DNA of 63,854 nucleotides, the filler included, from a bacterium (GTDB lineage Bacteria; JAJRZV01), in assembly GCA_024275095.1 (NCBI GenBank). It is 7 parts of 7 records of this genome, joined end to end, with 100 filler letters (N's around TTAATTAATTAA, not from the genome) between each part and the next. Parts side by side here need not be neighbours in the genome. Positions count along the whole stretch, not along the records: positions 1 to 6,561 come from JAJRZV010000052.1; positions 6,662 to 14,907 come from JAJRZV010000053.1; 5 more parts are not named here. One strand, given 5' to 3'. Every line of letters starts with the position of its first letter. The first letter of the stretch is position 1. This document shows positions 1 to 11,400 of the stretch, piece by piece. The position numbers and the translations under genes are program-made. Under the pieces are notes generated by a model. It was not told where the DNA came from. It worked only from the letters and a program-made list of their open reading frames with translations, and searched no databases.

Positions 1-947
1 ACGGATGAATCAATGCCCCCGCTGAGGCCAATCACTGCTTTTTTAAACCGATTTTTGCGCAAATAATCACGTGTACCCAGCACCAGGGCCCGGTACACCT
101 CCTCAACACGCTCCATTTCCTCCGGCGGACGAGGTTCTACAAGGGGCTTCTCCTGCGAATGAAACGGACCCAAATTCACAGCTGTTCCTGTGTCCTTCGT
201 TGATTCTACAGGCACATCCACCACCAGAAGATCCTCCTGAAAACGCCTGGCTTCTGCTACCACAGTTCCAGATGGGTCCACAACAAGAGAACCGCCATCA
301 AATACCAGCTCATCCTGGCCACCCACCAGATTGCAGTAAAGAATCCAGGCACCTGTTTCTTCTATCTTTTGCCGTATAATTTCCACACGGGTGTGGAGCT
401 TGCCCATGTGGTAGGGGGAAGCCGATATGTTGATAAGCACTTTAGCACCGCGCCGGGCCTGTTCGTTGACGACACCTCCCTTTACCCATATATCCTCACA
501 AATATTCACTGCAAAAAGCACATCCCCCAGGCAGAGAACCACGGGTTCATCTCCCGGGGTGAAGTAACGCTTTTCATCAAACACACCGTAATTGGGCAGT
601 TCCACCTTGCGGTATATTGCTTTCACTTCTTTATTTCGCACCACCGCAGCAGAATTAAAACGTCTCCCGCCTTCAACACCTTCAACAAATCCCACCACGG
701 CAGCGGTGTCACCTGCACTGTCTGCCACATCCTTTAGAGCTTCTGCTGTGGCCCTGACAAATGCTGGCTCAAACATGAGGTCTTCAGGTGGATACCCACA
801 GAGCGAGAGCTCAGGGAATGCAACCACATCACATCCAAGTTTCTCAGCACGAAACATGAAGTCTTTTATCTTGGTCACATTAGCAGAAAAATCTCCCACC
901 GTGGTGTTGACCTGTGCCAGTGCTATCCTCAAATGTTTTTTAACCAT
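1..947 (-). CDS. nadE: Glutamine-dependent NAD+ synthetase (3' end cut by window edge)
   Basis: Manual translation from ATG 947 (RBS GAAAGGA): MVKKHLRIALAQVN..FPELSLCGYPPEDL..LPNYGVFDEKRYF..ICEDIW..GGQDELVFDG, then VIGLSGGIDSS at the edge. Confidence 0.95.
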   Translation of the reverse strand, partial: MVKKHLRIALAQVNTTVGDFSANVTKIKDFMFRAEKLGCDVVAFPELSLCGYPPEDLMFEPAFVRATAEALKDVADSAGDTAAVVGFVEGVEGGRRFNSAAVVRNKEVKAIYRKVELPNYGVFDEKRYFTPGDEPVVLCLGDVLFAVNICEDIWVKGGVVNEQARRGAKVLINISASPYHMGKLHTRVEIIRQKIEETGAWILYCNLVGGQDELVFDGGSLVVDPSGTVVAEARRFQEDLLVVDVPVESTKDTGTAVNLGPFHSQEKPLVEPRPPEEMERVEEVYRALVLGTRDYLRKNRFKKAVIGLSGGIDSS

Positions 948-1050
948 TACAATTCCTTTCTGTCACAACTTATACCTTTTTACCTGTTAATTTGAGACCG
1001 CTTTAACTCCTTGTGGCAAGTGAAAAGATAAAAATCAGGGTCTACCTTCT

Positions 1051-1743
1051 TTAAAGCTTCAACAATCGAAGAAAATTGGAAAACAGTGACTCTGCCACAG
1101 TGCGAAGCTCCGCCTCCATCTCGGATGCTCTCATCAGCATCTCGGAAATATCAGGGTTGTCAAGCTTGTCAGGCACATATGCCCGGGCCCATTCCCTTAC
1201 CATAGAAGCCGTCACCTCAATGTGAAACTGTAAACCCCAGGCACGCCCGTAACGAAATGCCTGATGTGGACATTTTCTCGACCTTGCAAGCAGAATCCCT
1301 CCCTCGGGAACCTCAAAAGCATCTTCATGCCACTGGAACACAGGAATAACCTCAGGCAAACCTTTAAAAAGGAAGTCATCCTGTCCACCAGACTCAATCA
1401 ACACTTCCGACCAACCAATTTCTCTGCAGGCATTTTTTCTTACTTCAGCACCCAAACTTCGAGCAAGAAGTTGAGCACCCAGGCAAATGCCCAGAACAGG
1501 AACGTCCCTCTTCACTGCTTCCCGAAGAATATTTTTTTCCTCACAGAGAAAAGGATACTTCTCCTCATCGTCTGCATTCATAGGGCCGCCAAGAACCACC
1601 AGTGCATCAATCCCATCAAGAGAACGGGGGAGGGTCATTCCCTCCCCCGCATCTATGATGGCTGTTTGAACCCCCTGCTCTTCTGCAAGCTCCTGTAAGA
1701 GACCAGGACCTTCAATGGAAATATTTTTTAAAAACAGTATCAC
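1051..1743 (-). CDS. Class I glutamine amidotransferase (GMP-synthase GATase-like)
   Basis: LGGPM, GICLGAQ nucleophile elbow, FQWH, GLQFHIE catalytic His/Glu. Confidence 0.9.
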   Translation of the reverse strand: MILFLKNISIEGPGLLQELAEEQGVQTAIIDAGEGMTLPRSLDGIDALVVLGGPMNADDEEKYPFLCEEKNILREAVKRDVPVLGICLGAQLLARSLGAEVRKNACREIGWSEVLIESGGQDDFLFKGLPEVIPVFQWHEDAFEVPEGGILLARSRKCPHQAFRYGRAWGLQFHIEVTASMVREWARAYVPDKLDNPDISEMLMRASEMEAELRTVAESLFSNFLRLLKL

Positions 1744-1758
1744 CCCGGGGGGTACTCC

Positions 1759-3171
1759 TCATACATCAAAATAAAGAACAAATTCGTAGGGGTGAGTTCT
1801 CAGCTTCACCTGATCAATTTCGTTCTCCTTCTTCCATTCAATCCAGGTATCAATGAGCTCATCGGTAAACACGCCGCCTTTGAGCAAAAACTCTCTGTCC
1901 TCACTCAATGCCTCGAGCGCCTCTTCCAGTGATGCAGGGGTGGAAGGCACGGCTGCCACTTCTTCAGGCGGCAGGGCGTATATATCTTTGTCAAGCGGTT
2001 CTCCCGGATCCAGTTTGTTCTCGATACCGTCCAGACCCGCCATGAGAATGGCTGAAAATGCAAGGTACGGGTTGGCAGTGGGATCAGGGAACCTCACCTC
2101 CACTCGTTTGGCCTTGGGCGAGGGAGAGTACATGGGCACGCGCACGGCTGCCGAACGGTTGCGGGAAGAATAAGCGAGTTTTACCGGTGCCTCGTAACCA
2201 GGAACAAGACGGCGATAAGAATTGGTTGTGGGATTGGTAAAAGCGCAAATAGCCTTTGCGTGCTTGAGAACACCAGCAATGAAATGCAGTGCAAGGTCAG
2301 AAAGTCCTGCGTACTTGTCACCGGCAAACAGAGGTTGCCCATCCTTCCACAATGACGTGTGCGTATGCATACCGGAGCCATTGTCTGCGAATACAGGCTT
2401 GGGCATGAAGGTGACGGTCTTGCCGTACTTGCGTGCTACATTGCGGAGCACATACTTGAAGGTCATCAAATTATCGGCCTGCTTGAGAAGGGGAGCATAT
2501 CGGATATCAATTTCACCCTGACCGGCTGTGGCCACTTCGTGGTGATGATATTCCACCTGAATGCCAATGCTCATGAGCACATGACCCATTTCATTTCGCA
2601 GGTCGGTGTAAGTGTCATGGGGAGGCACCGGGAAATACCCTCTTTTATATGGAATCTTGTACGCGAGATTGGGATTCTCTTCAGCACCGGTACGCCACCA
2701 GGCCTCATGGCTGTCCACCCTGAAAAAAGCCTCGTGGTTCTGGTAATCAAAGCGCACATCGTCAAATATGAAAAATTCCGCCTCAGGACCAAAGTAAGCA
2801 GTGTCAGCAATACCTGTGGATTTGAGATAGTTCTCTGCCTTGTGGGCAACAAAACGGGGGTCCTTGCTGTAATTTTCGCGCGTAACAGGGTCCACGACAT
2901 CGCAGATAAGCGTCAGTGTCTTCCTCTCAAAGAATGGGTCAATGAAAGCTGTTGCAGGATCAGGGAGCACGCTCATGTCTGACATGTTGATTGCCTGCCA
3001 CGCTCTGATGGATGAACCGTCAAACCCGATACCCTCTTCAAAAGATTCTTCCGTGAGTTCGGACACCGGGATGGTAAAATGATGCCACTGGCTGAACAGG
3101 TCTGCGAACTTCAAATCAACCCATTCAACCTTTTCATCTTCAACAAGTTTCAACACGTCCTTTGCATCCAT
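1759..3171 (-). CDS. glnA: Type I glutamine synthetase (GSI-beta), downstream copy
   Basis: [39 protein letters not shown], adenylylation-loop Tyr [22 protein letters not shown]. Confidence 0.97.
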   Translation of the reverse strand: MDAKDVLKLVEDEKVEWVDLKFADLFSQWHHFTIPVSELTEESFEEGIGFDGSSIRAWQAINMSDMSVLPDPATAFIDPFFERKTLTLICDVVDPVTRENYSKDPRFVAHKAENYLKSTGIADTAYFGPEAEFFIFDDVRFDYQNHEAFFRVDSHEAWWRTGAEENPNLAYKIPYKRGYFPVPPHDTYTDLRNEMGHVLMSIGIQVEYHHHEVATAGQGEIDIRYAPLLKQADNLMTFKYVLRNVARKYGKTVTFMPKPVFADNGSGMHTHTSLWKDGQPLFAGDKYAGLSDLALHFIAGVLKHAKAICAFTNPTTNSYRRLVPGYEAPVKLAYSSRNRSAAVRVPMYSPSPKAKRVEVRFPDPTANPYLAFSAILMAGLDGIENKLDPGEPLDKDIYALPPEEVAAVPSTPASLEEALEALSEDREFLLKGGVFTDELIDTWIEWKKENEIDQVKLRTHPYEFVLYFDV

Positions 3172-3256
3172 GATTGCACCTCCTTTTGTAATTCTTTTGT
3201 AATTCTTTCCACTTTTTTATATGAAACCCGGCGGCGACCCAGCCGGAGATTCTTTC

Positions 3257-3284
3257 ACTTTACAACTTTTTTCCTTTTGTTCAA
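3257..3284 (-). promoter_or_regulatory. Possible sigma70 promoter for the downstream glnA copy
   Basis: TTGAAC-16 nt-TAAAGT on the minus strand in the flotillin-glnA intergenic region. Confidence 0.35.
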
Positions 3285-3290
3285 GAAATA

Positions 3291-4556
3291 TCATCGCTGG
3301 TGTTCAGAGGCTCCTGCACCTCTGGATTTTAAAATTTCTGCGATATCAATTCCCGCTGCACTCTTGAGTTGTTCCATAACAGCAACCACCGATCCTGTAA
3401 GACTTTTCACAAGGGCAGGAACACCCTGACCGTCTCCCCCATCAACCACGGTCAAACGCTCAATAGACAGATTGCTGGAGACCACACTGGTGATTTTCTC
3501 GATAATCTCCGGCAACAACTGAATGAGGAAAAGGTCTTTGGTCTCTCCTTTTTCCCATTCCTGACGCATGAGCTTGACCGCTTCTGCAGTGGCCTTGCCT
3601 GTCTCCACCACCCTGGCAGCCTCTCCTCTTGCCTTCATTTCCTGAGCCTCCATTTCCGCTTCTGCAGGAACAACAACATCTGCTTGATACCTGCGCCGAT
3701 TGAGTTCCACGCGCTCTTCCTCAAGAATTTTCTCTTCCCTCACCCGTGCAATTTCTCCTGCCACCTGAGCTCTGGATTCCGCTTCACTGCTCTTTGCCTC
3801 CAGACCCGCTTTCTTCACACGAAATTCGTTCTCAGCTTCTACCACAGCTTTTTTCGCCTCGATCTCAGCCACTTCTCCCCTTCTTCTGGCTTCAGCAGAC
3901 ACTTCCCTGGCCTCAGCCTCAGCCTGGGCTTCGGCGATTCTGGCATCCCTCTGTACCTGGGCATTCTTCTTGCGGGCGATGGCTTCCAGGTAATGGTGCT
4001 TGTCCGAAATTTTCTGAATCCTGAAGGTATCAATAACAAGCCCAAGCCTGCGAAAATCAGAGGCCACCTCTTCCCTGACACGTCTGGCAAAATTAAGCCG
4101 GTCAGTATTCGCCTCCTCTGGCGTCATGGTGGCGAGAACTCCCCGAAGGGCTCCTTCCAGGGTCTGGCGGGCCACGCGAGCAATTTCTTCCTGGGAGCGA
4201 CCGAGAAAACGCTCTATGGCGTTGCTGAGCCCCTCTTCTTCCGTACCGGCAATTTTCACGTTAGCAATGGCTTCCACGTCCAGTGGAATAAGGCCCCGCG
4301 AAAGTGCATCGGAAAGTTCCACCTTTACAGGGATGGTCTCCAGGGACATGCTTTTAACGGTTTCAACAATGGGAATGCGGAAGCCCCGTCCTCCCTTGAT
4401 CACGCGATATCCCACCGCCGTCCCATCAGGTAGCTTCCTCTTTCGTCCCGAAAAAATCAGCACTTCATTGGGCGGGCAAACCTTGAGGTTGCTCTTTATA
4501 AATGCAAAACCCACCAGTAATGCTGCAACACCCAGAACTATTATTACAGCAACCAT
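3291..4556 (-). CDS. Flotillin family (SPFH/band 7) membrane protein
   Basis: N-terminal TM, PNEVLIFSGR, GYRVIKGG, LEGALRGVLATMTPEE, AEA-rich coiled coil. Confidence 0.92.
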   Translation of the reverse strand: MVAVIIVLGVAALLVGFAFIKSNLKVCPPNEVLIFSGRKRKLPDGTAVGYRVIKGGRGFRIPIVETVKSMSLETIPVKVELSDALSRGLIPLDVEAIANVKIAGTEEEGLSNAIERFLGRSQEEIARVARQTLEGALRGVLATMTPEEANTDRLNFARRVREEVASDFRRLGLVIDTFRIQKISDKHHYLEAIARKKNAQVQRDARIAEAQAEAEAREVSAEARRRGEVAEIEAKKAVVEAENEFRVKKAGLEAKSSEAESRAQVAGEIARVREEKILEEERVELNRRRYQADVVVPAEAEMEAQEMKARGEAARVVETGKATAEAVKLMRQEWEKGETKDLFLIQLLPEIIEKITSVVSSNLSIERLTVVDGGDGQGVPALVKSLTGSVVAVMEQLKSAAGIDIAEILKSRGAGASEHQR

Positions 4557-4578
4557 CGCTTAACCTCCCGTCTTTAAT

Positions 4579-5994
4579 TTAAATATCAAAGTACAGAACA
4601 AACTCCGCTGGATGGGGCCTGAGCCTCACGTAATCGATCTCCGAACTTCTCTTGTAATTAATCCAGGTTTCAATAAGGTCTTCAGTAAAAACATCTCCTC
4701 GCATGAGATATTCGTGATCTTTCTCCAGCGCATTAATCGCCTCTTCCAGGGAGGTGGGTGTGGATTTGATGCGCATCTGTTCTTCAGGAGGAAGTTCATA
4801 AAGATTTTTGTCTATGGGCGGTGGAGGCTCGATCTTGTTAATAATCCCGTCAATTCCGGCCATAAGCATGGCTGCAAATGCAAGATAGGGATTGCTGGAA
4901 GGGTCAGGAGAGCGAAATTCAATTCTCTTGGCCTTTTCACTTTCAGAATACATTGGAATGCGAATACAGGCGCTACGATTGCGCTGAGAGTAGATAAGGT
5001 TTACCGGCGCTTCATACCCCGGCACCAGCCTTTTGTAAGAATTCGTGGTGGGAGCACAGAAGGCAAGCACACTGGCGGCATGGTACAGAATACCACCTAT
5101 GTAGTAAATGGCGATCTGGCTGAGTCCTGCATATCCTCCTCGGTCAAAGAACAGGTTTCTCCCCCCTTTCCAGAGACTCTGATGCACATGCATTCCAGAA
5201 CCATTATCAGCAAATACAGGCTTGGGCATAAAAGTAACGGTTTTTCCATACCGTCGGGCGACATTTTTGACGACGTACTTGTACTTGACCAGGTTATCAG
5301 CTGTCTTCACCAGAGGCCCGAATTTAATATCAATTTCCGCCTGGCCGCCTGTTGCAACCTCGTGATGGTGCACCTCTGCTTCCACGCCCACACTTAACAA
5401 CACCTTGACCATTTCTGAACGCACGTCGTGCAGGTGATCAACAGGCTGGTCCGGAAAATACCCCTCTTTGAATCGCGGTTTGTAACCGAGATTGGGATTT
5501 TCTTCCTTTCCTGAGTTCCAGAAGCCCTCTTCAGAATCCAGGAAATAAAACCCGTGGTTATAGCTCTGGGAATACCGAACATCGTCAAAAATAAAAAACT
5601 CTGCTTCTGGACCAAAATAGGCAGTATCGGCGATTCCCGAGCGAAGGAGAAAACGTTCTGCCTTTTGTGCTACATGTCGCGGATCCCGGGAATACAACTC
5701 TTTGGTGATAGGGTCCTTCACATTACAGATGAAGCTCAACGTAACATCTTTGGGAAAAGGATCCAGAAACGCTGTGTTCATATCGGGCTTCAGCACCATA
5801 TCACTCTCGTGAATGGCCTGAAATCCACGAATGGATGAGCCATCAAATCCCACCCCTTCAGTGAACAATTCTTCAGAAAGCTCCCTGATCGGCATTGTGA
5901 AATGCTGGAGCGTTCCTGGAAGGTCAGTAAATTTAAGGTCGATAAACTGCACATTCCTGTCAGATACGAGCCTTTTAAGTTCCCGAAAATTCAT
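4579..5994 (-). CDS. glnA: Type I glutamine synthetase (GSI-beta), upstream copy
   Basis: [57 protein letters not shown] 5994 behind AGGAGG. Confidence 0.97.
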   Translation of the reverse strand: MNFRELKRLVSDRNVQFIDLKFTDLPGTLQHFTMPIRELSEELFTEGVGFDGSSIRGFQAIHESDMVLKPDMNTAFLDPFPKDVTLSFICNVKDPITKELYSRDPRHVAQKAERFLLRSGIADTAYFGPEAEFFIFDDVRYSQSYNHGFYFLDSEEGFWNSGKEENPNLGYKPRFKEGYFPDQPVDHLHDVRSEMVKVLLSVGVEAEVHHHEVATGGQAEIDIKFGPLVKTADNLVKYKYVVKNVARRYGKTVTFMPKPVFADNGSGMHVHQSLWKGGRNLFFDRGGYAGLSQIAIYYIGGILYHAASVLAFCAPTTNSYKRLVPGYEAPVNLIYSQRNRSACIRIPMYSESEKAKRIEFRSPDPSSNPYLAFAAMLMAGIDGIINKIEPPPPIDKNLYELPPEEQMRIKSTPTSLEEAINALEKDHEYLMRGDVFTEDLIETWINYKRSSEIDYVRLRPHPAEFVLYFDI

Positions 5995-6021
5995 GGGCAC
6001 CAACCTCCTGAAAAATGAATA

Positions 6022-6363
6022 TCAACCAATAGCTGAAGGACCCCTTTCTCCGGTACGAATTCGGATACAGTCATTCAAATCAAGAACAAAAATTTTTCCG
6101 TCACCAATGTTTCCAGTGCGTGCTCCTTTGATAATGGCCTCAATGGTGGGTTCTACGAAATCTTCATTAACAGCGATTTCAAGACGCACCTTTTTGAGAA
6201 GATTCACCTCTTCTACAACACCCCTGTAGGTTTCCTTGTATCCTCTTTGCTGCCCTGCTCCCAAGGCATTGGTAACCGTCATTTTGTAAATCTGAGCGTC
6301 GTAAAGTGCCTTTTTTACATCAGGCAACTTGTGCGGCTGAATCATGGCAATGATGAGTTTCAT
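6022..6363 (-). CDS. glnK: P-II family nitrogen regulator (GlnK/GlnB)
   Basis: 113 aa; G35xG37xQ39, YRG T-loop, K58, [19 protein letters not shown]; glnK vs glnB not resolvable. Confidence 0.93.
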   Translation of the reverse strand: MKLIIAMIQPHKLPDVKKALYDAQIYKMTVTNALGAGQQRGYKETYRGVVEEVNLLKKVRLEIAVNEDFVEPTIEAIIKGARTGNIGDGKIFVLDLNDCIRIRTGERGPSAIG

Positions 6364-6456
6364 GTAAATCCTCCTTTGGTTAAATTTGATAAAAATGCCT
6401 CACGGCAATGGAAGCTCCGCATACACCCGTGAATAACATCTCCACCCACACCTCCG

Positions 6457-6498
6457 TTATTGCGTCGTGAACACCTGAAAACCGCTATACGCTTCCAT
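6457..6498 (-). other. 13-aa mini-ORF MEAYSGFQVFTTQ, resembling an ammonium transporter (Amt) C-terminal tail
   Basis: GGAGGAG 5 nt upstream of ATG; in-frame TGA upstream; lies just before the P-II gene. Confidence 0.45.
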
Positions 6499-6561
6499 GC
6501 GCGCTCCTCCACAGGCCCCAGAAACACAAAACATGCTCCTACCATATCAAACACCCCTGCC

Positions 6562-6661
6562 NNNNNNNNNNNNNNNNNNNNNNNNNNNNNNNNNNNNNNN
6601 NNNNNTTAATTAATTAANNNNNNNNNNNNNNNNNNNNNNNNNNNNNNNNNNNNNNNNNNNN
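6562..6661. other. Artificial contig linker
   Basis: N-run + TTAATTAATTAA + N-run, 100 nt. Confidence 0.99.
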
Positions 6662-8423
6662 CAAACAAATACGCATGGGAAAGTGCTCTCACTGTGGCTG
6701 TCCGGGGGGTCGAAGTGAGAAAAGCCATCTCTCCAAATATTTCCCCTTCACCCAGCACAGACAATCGCGCCTCATTTTTCAAAACTTCAACCTCACCCTC
6801 CAAGATAACATACAGATCCTGGCTCTCTTCTCCTTCTTCAATAATCACTTCCCCAGGATTAAGATTCTTGAGAGCACCGTGCTTCATAATTTCTCTTAGA
6901 AGCTCAGGTTCTGCATTCCGGAAAATAGGATTGCTGGAAAGCACCTGGGAAAGTCGTACACGCCATTTAAAGGTTTCAGCATCCATTACGGACGCACGAA
7001 GCATTTCCCAGAAATCCTCTTTGGCCACCCTCAGAACAATACTTTCATCAAGAGCTTTCACCGTCGCCGTGCGGGAACCCTTTTCTATAAGCGCAAGCTC
7101 TCCAATGCCTGCAACAGGCCGTATCTCTGTTATCAATGTCTCATCCCCAGAAGGATGTTCGCGGTATATCCCAACCCTTCCCTTAACCAGCACGTCAAAG
7201 TACGTACCCCTTTCCCCTTCCCTCATAAGTATGGTACCTGGAGGAAATCTCAACCACTCTCCTCCCTCGAGTTTGAAATTTTCAAACAGCGGATGAACTT
7301 TTACCCTGGAGGTCAACTCTCCAGATGGTTTTTCTATTCTTTTGCCTTTCTTACGGCCTGAATACCACCTGCGTACAAGCTTTATTACGCCCCCGGTAAG
7401 ACCTAATAAATATCCTGCAAAACACAATAGATAAAGACCCCACCAGAGAATTACAGAGTGGGGAGATGCAACTCCACTGGACACCGATTTCACCGTAACT
7501 TCATACAATTTTTGACCCCACTGGCCAAATATCCACACGGTCAGACCCAGTAACAGCAAAGAAAACACGGCAAGAAATACGTAAGGCGCCTCTCCAGGAT
7601 TGACACGAAACCACCGTGAATCCGAAGGCAGTATCTTGTAAATCAAACTGCTTTCTACCTTACTGCCCATACCCTCTTCTTTGAGGAGTCCTTCCCAGAG
7701 CCACAGGCCTTCAGGGGTAAGAAAGGGAAATGCATCAACAAGTAAATTGAACAACACAGCCACACTGATAGCAGCATAAATAACGGAACCGGATGATAAA
7801 AAAAGAATTATAACTGCAGGCAGAATGTCATACATGTAGCCGCAGAGAGCCATTTCAACTTTCTGCCGATGCGAAAGTACATCTCCGGGTTTGTGCTCGC
7901 GGACCACTCCCAAAAAACCCACCCCTTTCAGGGGTACACTGGAAGCAAGTAAATATTCCAGATGCGAAGCCCATAAGAAATTTTTTAACGACCGCAATAC
8001 CAGAAAACATGCAACAGCCATAATCAGACCTTTTGTACTGGAGAAAAGAATCTCAGGAACAAATCCTGAAGAGAAAATTTCCCAGCCGAAGGAAAGGATA
8101 CCTGCCAGAAACACGGGTATTGATATGTACAGGTGTAAAGGATGAATCGGTGTCACAGGTAAAGGTACAGACAGTTTCATGAGAAGCGATGATTTAATCC
8201 CGCCTTCAGAGAGCTTGCGCTCACAGCTTTTCCAGACGGAGGATGGAAACATTCTCCATCGCTGAAAAAACGAAACGGAGTCAGGTTCACGACCTGAAGA
8301 AAGGATTTCCAGAAGTTCCAGCTCAGGAGGTGAAAGTATTATCCATTTACCATTCAAAAACAGGGCACCGCCTCTTTGCCCTTTGAGCAATCTGGAGATA
8401 CTGTTCCTCAGCGTATCTAACAT
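6662..8423 (-). CDS. Polytopic membrane protein with two C-terminal cNMP-binding domains (3' end cut by gap)
   Basis: Multiple TM segments; two CNB cassettes IGELALI..SRTATVKA and FGEMAFL..PRTATVRA. Confidence 0.85.
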
Positions 8424-8492
8424 CTTTTACCTGGAAATGTTTTCCTCAAAAAGGAGAACAAGTTCAGTCCCCTTTAATACCGTGCCGACAGA

Positions 8493-11400
8493 TTACGGTC
8501 CCAGTTGAAGTATAAGCCCTGACAAGCTCTCAAGTATCATCAGGTTCTCTGGACCGGTAAAATATATATCCGTGACTAAAGGAAAGGCCGCATTATAAGC
8601 CTTAACCCCGGTAAATCTTAAAGCGTTTTCTCCTGTGCCAGCCACCCTTTTCAACCGTCCCTGATTATCAATGAGCCAGATTGAAGAACCGCCTGTGAGG
8701 TAATAAGTCCCACAGGGAGAAAGGTGAAATTCCACGTTAACAAAATACAGCAATCCATCAGGACCGATCTCAATATCAGTAATCAGTCCCAGAGGAGACG
8801 CCAGCGCATCCTCGCCTTCGAGCGGAGTGTTCTTCACCAGTGGACTCTGCGCCATCTTAATACCAGCAGTAATTGTTGAATTTCCATTTCCCTGAGCTTT
8901 CACACTCATCACCCCGTTTCCAGCAATGGTAAACAACTCACCGGTGGAAAGGTCTATGGCTTTAATCGCCGTGTACGTAATTCCAAGGGGGCTGTAACTG
9001 ATAAATTCACCAAAATACAATACATTGTATCGTTCATCGTATTTAAGGGCAGTAACAGGCAGGTAATCATACAAATCCAACACCAGGGAAGCACCTGTCG
9101 CTGGACCGCTGTACGTGACTGTATCGGGGAAAACAGGAGCCCCGATAGCTCCCCCTATGTGATTAAGCGTTCCGGAAGAGTCTGTTTCAAATATTAAACC
9201 GGTAAGTGGATTTTCATAACTGGGTATCCCGGCCAGGAAAAAGATTCTTTTACCACCCGGGTCTATTTCTACAGGCCCTAAATTTGGAAAGTAAACGGTA
9301 GAGGCATCAACCCCGGGAGCTGGCGATGCTGCACCCGATACCGAACCAACCACGGAATAAACTTTGCGGGACGAAAGGTCCACACCTCTTATAACACCAT
9401 TGTCCGGGTCAGCAAACAAAATATCGGCGAAAATGCCACCCGTGATAACATCGTTGAACGGGTTGGAACCCACCGCACCAACACCTGTAATCTCATCAAA
9501 GTAATAAACATCTGTAACAGCTACCAGATAATACCTGGAATAATCGCCCATCAGGGAATTAACCGTTCCTTCTTCAGGGTACACAACACGCATGGTGCCC
9601 CAGGACCGTCCCTCCAGTACGTAATAAACATCGTTCAACTCCAGGGCACTCGAAGGTGTATCTATGTAAGCCTCAAGTGCACTGTAACCGTCTCCGCCAG
9701 AGCGTAAATCGGAAACAGCAGAACCGGCTACGATAAAGACAGTGGCTGAAGGCGGATAGGTGCTCAGGTCCACACCAAACAGCTTTCCGTTGGTATTATC
9801 TGCGACAAACAGGATCCGTGTGGTGGGATCAAAAGCTAATGCCTCAGGTGCCCAACTTATATCGTGAACGTCAACACCTTCGGTACCTGCAAATATACTG
9901 CTGTTGCCCGTACCAAAAATATCCACAGCACACATTGTTGCTCCGTCCAGAACAACTATTTGATTGGCCCCCGAATCAGCCACGTAGAGCCGTACAAGTT
10001 TTCCTGCTGTATCATATTCTGCAACAAGCCCTTCAGGACTCATAAACGTCAGGTCTGTCCCACAGGCACCGCTCGTTGGGGCACCATAAGCACCACTACC
10101 GGCAAGCGGCATGATTTGAGTGACGGGGTCTGCAAACTCTATCTTGCGAATGATGGAATTCCAGGTATCACTCACAATTATTCCCGTGAGAGAACCTGAA
10201 GCATCACGCAGTGGTATAATTTCTCCAAGCCATAATAACTGCACAGCGGTAGCTGGACCGGAATAGAGAGGATTGCTCGAGGTATCAGCCCCCCCAGCCA
10301 CCACAGTTGAAGTGCTAGACGAAAAATCCGGAGAAAACTCTACGGCAACAATATCGTACAGCCCGAAGTCAGAAATAAACAGTGTCCTTGAAACTTCGTC
10401 GTAGTAGAGAACCATTGGCGCAGGTCCGGGAGCATAGGGACTCAACTCCTTTGGAAAGGCCCCGTAAACCTTTCCCCATTTGCCTACAACAGGATCGTAC
10501 ATCATCACAACACCGCTCACAGTTGAAACAAACACGCGCCCCCCGGAAAAGCGAATAACATCATTTACCCCTGCAAGAGGAAAATTTAAGAAGCCGGGGC
10601 CGTCCCCGGGTACAAAGCTGTTGCCATCAAATACCGGGTTATATGATAGAGGAACATTAACCACGTTCCACGCGGTACCTGCTTGAACATCTATACCCTT
10701 GACGTAACCCGTAGTTTCACCACCAGCGATATACACAAAACCCGTAGAAGGGTCAACGTACAATCCCTTCATATTAGGAAGGGGCACCCTTCTTGCATGC
10801 TCTGGACCAGGTCCAAAAGCCCCGGCAATGCGCCGGGGAACAAAAGCGGCAATCGCCCAACCAGCACCGGGTAAAGGAGCAACCACGTTTCCTCTCTGAA
10901 AATCACCGGAGTCAGGTATCCGGTCTTCAGCAATCTTATGACCCGAAAGCTCATAGGCAGCACATGTACCTGCAAACCGAAAATTCCCTTCGTTGTAACC
11001 CAGGTCAGAGCGCCATACCCTGAATCTAATATCGTGCTCCAGGCTCTCAGGTATAAATTCTCCTATCTCTTTACCTCCAACCAGATCATAAACAACCCCG
11101 TACGAAGAAACACCGCTGACAAATACCCCAATGGCTACATCTGCACCGTCGAAATCACTGATTTCAGTATCACTGAGAAATGTATTATTTATTTTCACCT
11201 CACCAGCAGTAACTCCGGTTGCGGGGTTGCTGTCCAGATCCAGAAGAATAATACAGACACCAATAACATCTTCACTCAACCATCGCACTCTATGCTCAAA
11301 TACAAAACGGAAAGTTAATGCTTCAGGAGCATCGTAAATTTCCAGCCTTTCTATATCTGATGATTCCGATACTTCACCGACGGTATCGAAAAACACACCT

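Noticed and set aside
8424-8495. NHL lipoprotein and cNMP protein as one readthrough fusion
   Set aside because: They share a frame, but two TAA codons intervene, the downstream ATG has an AGGT RBS, and same-frame adjacency is common by chance.
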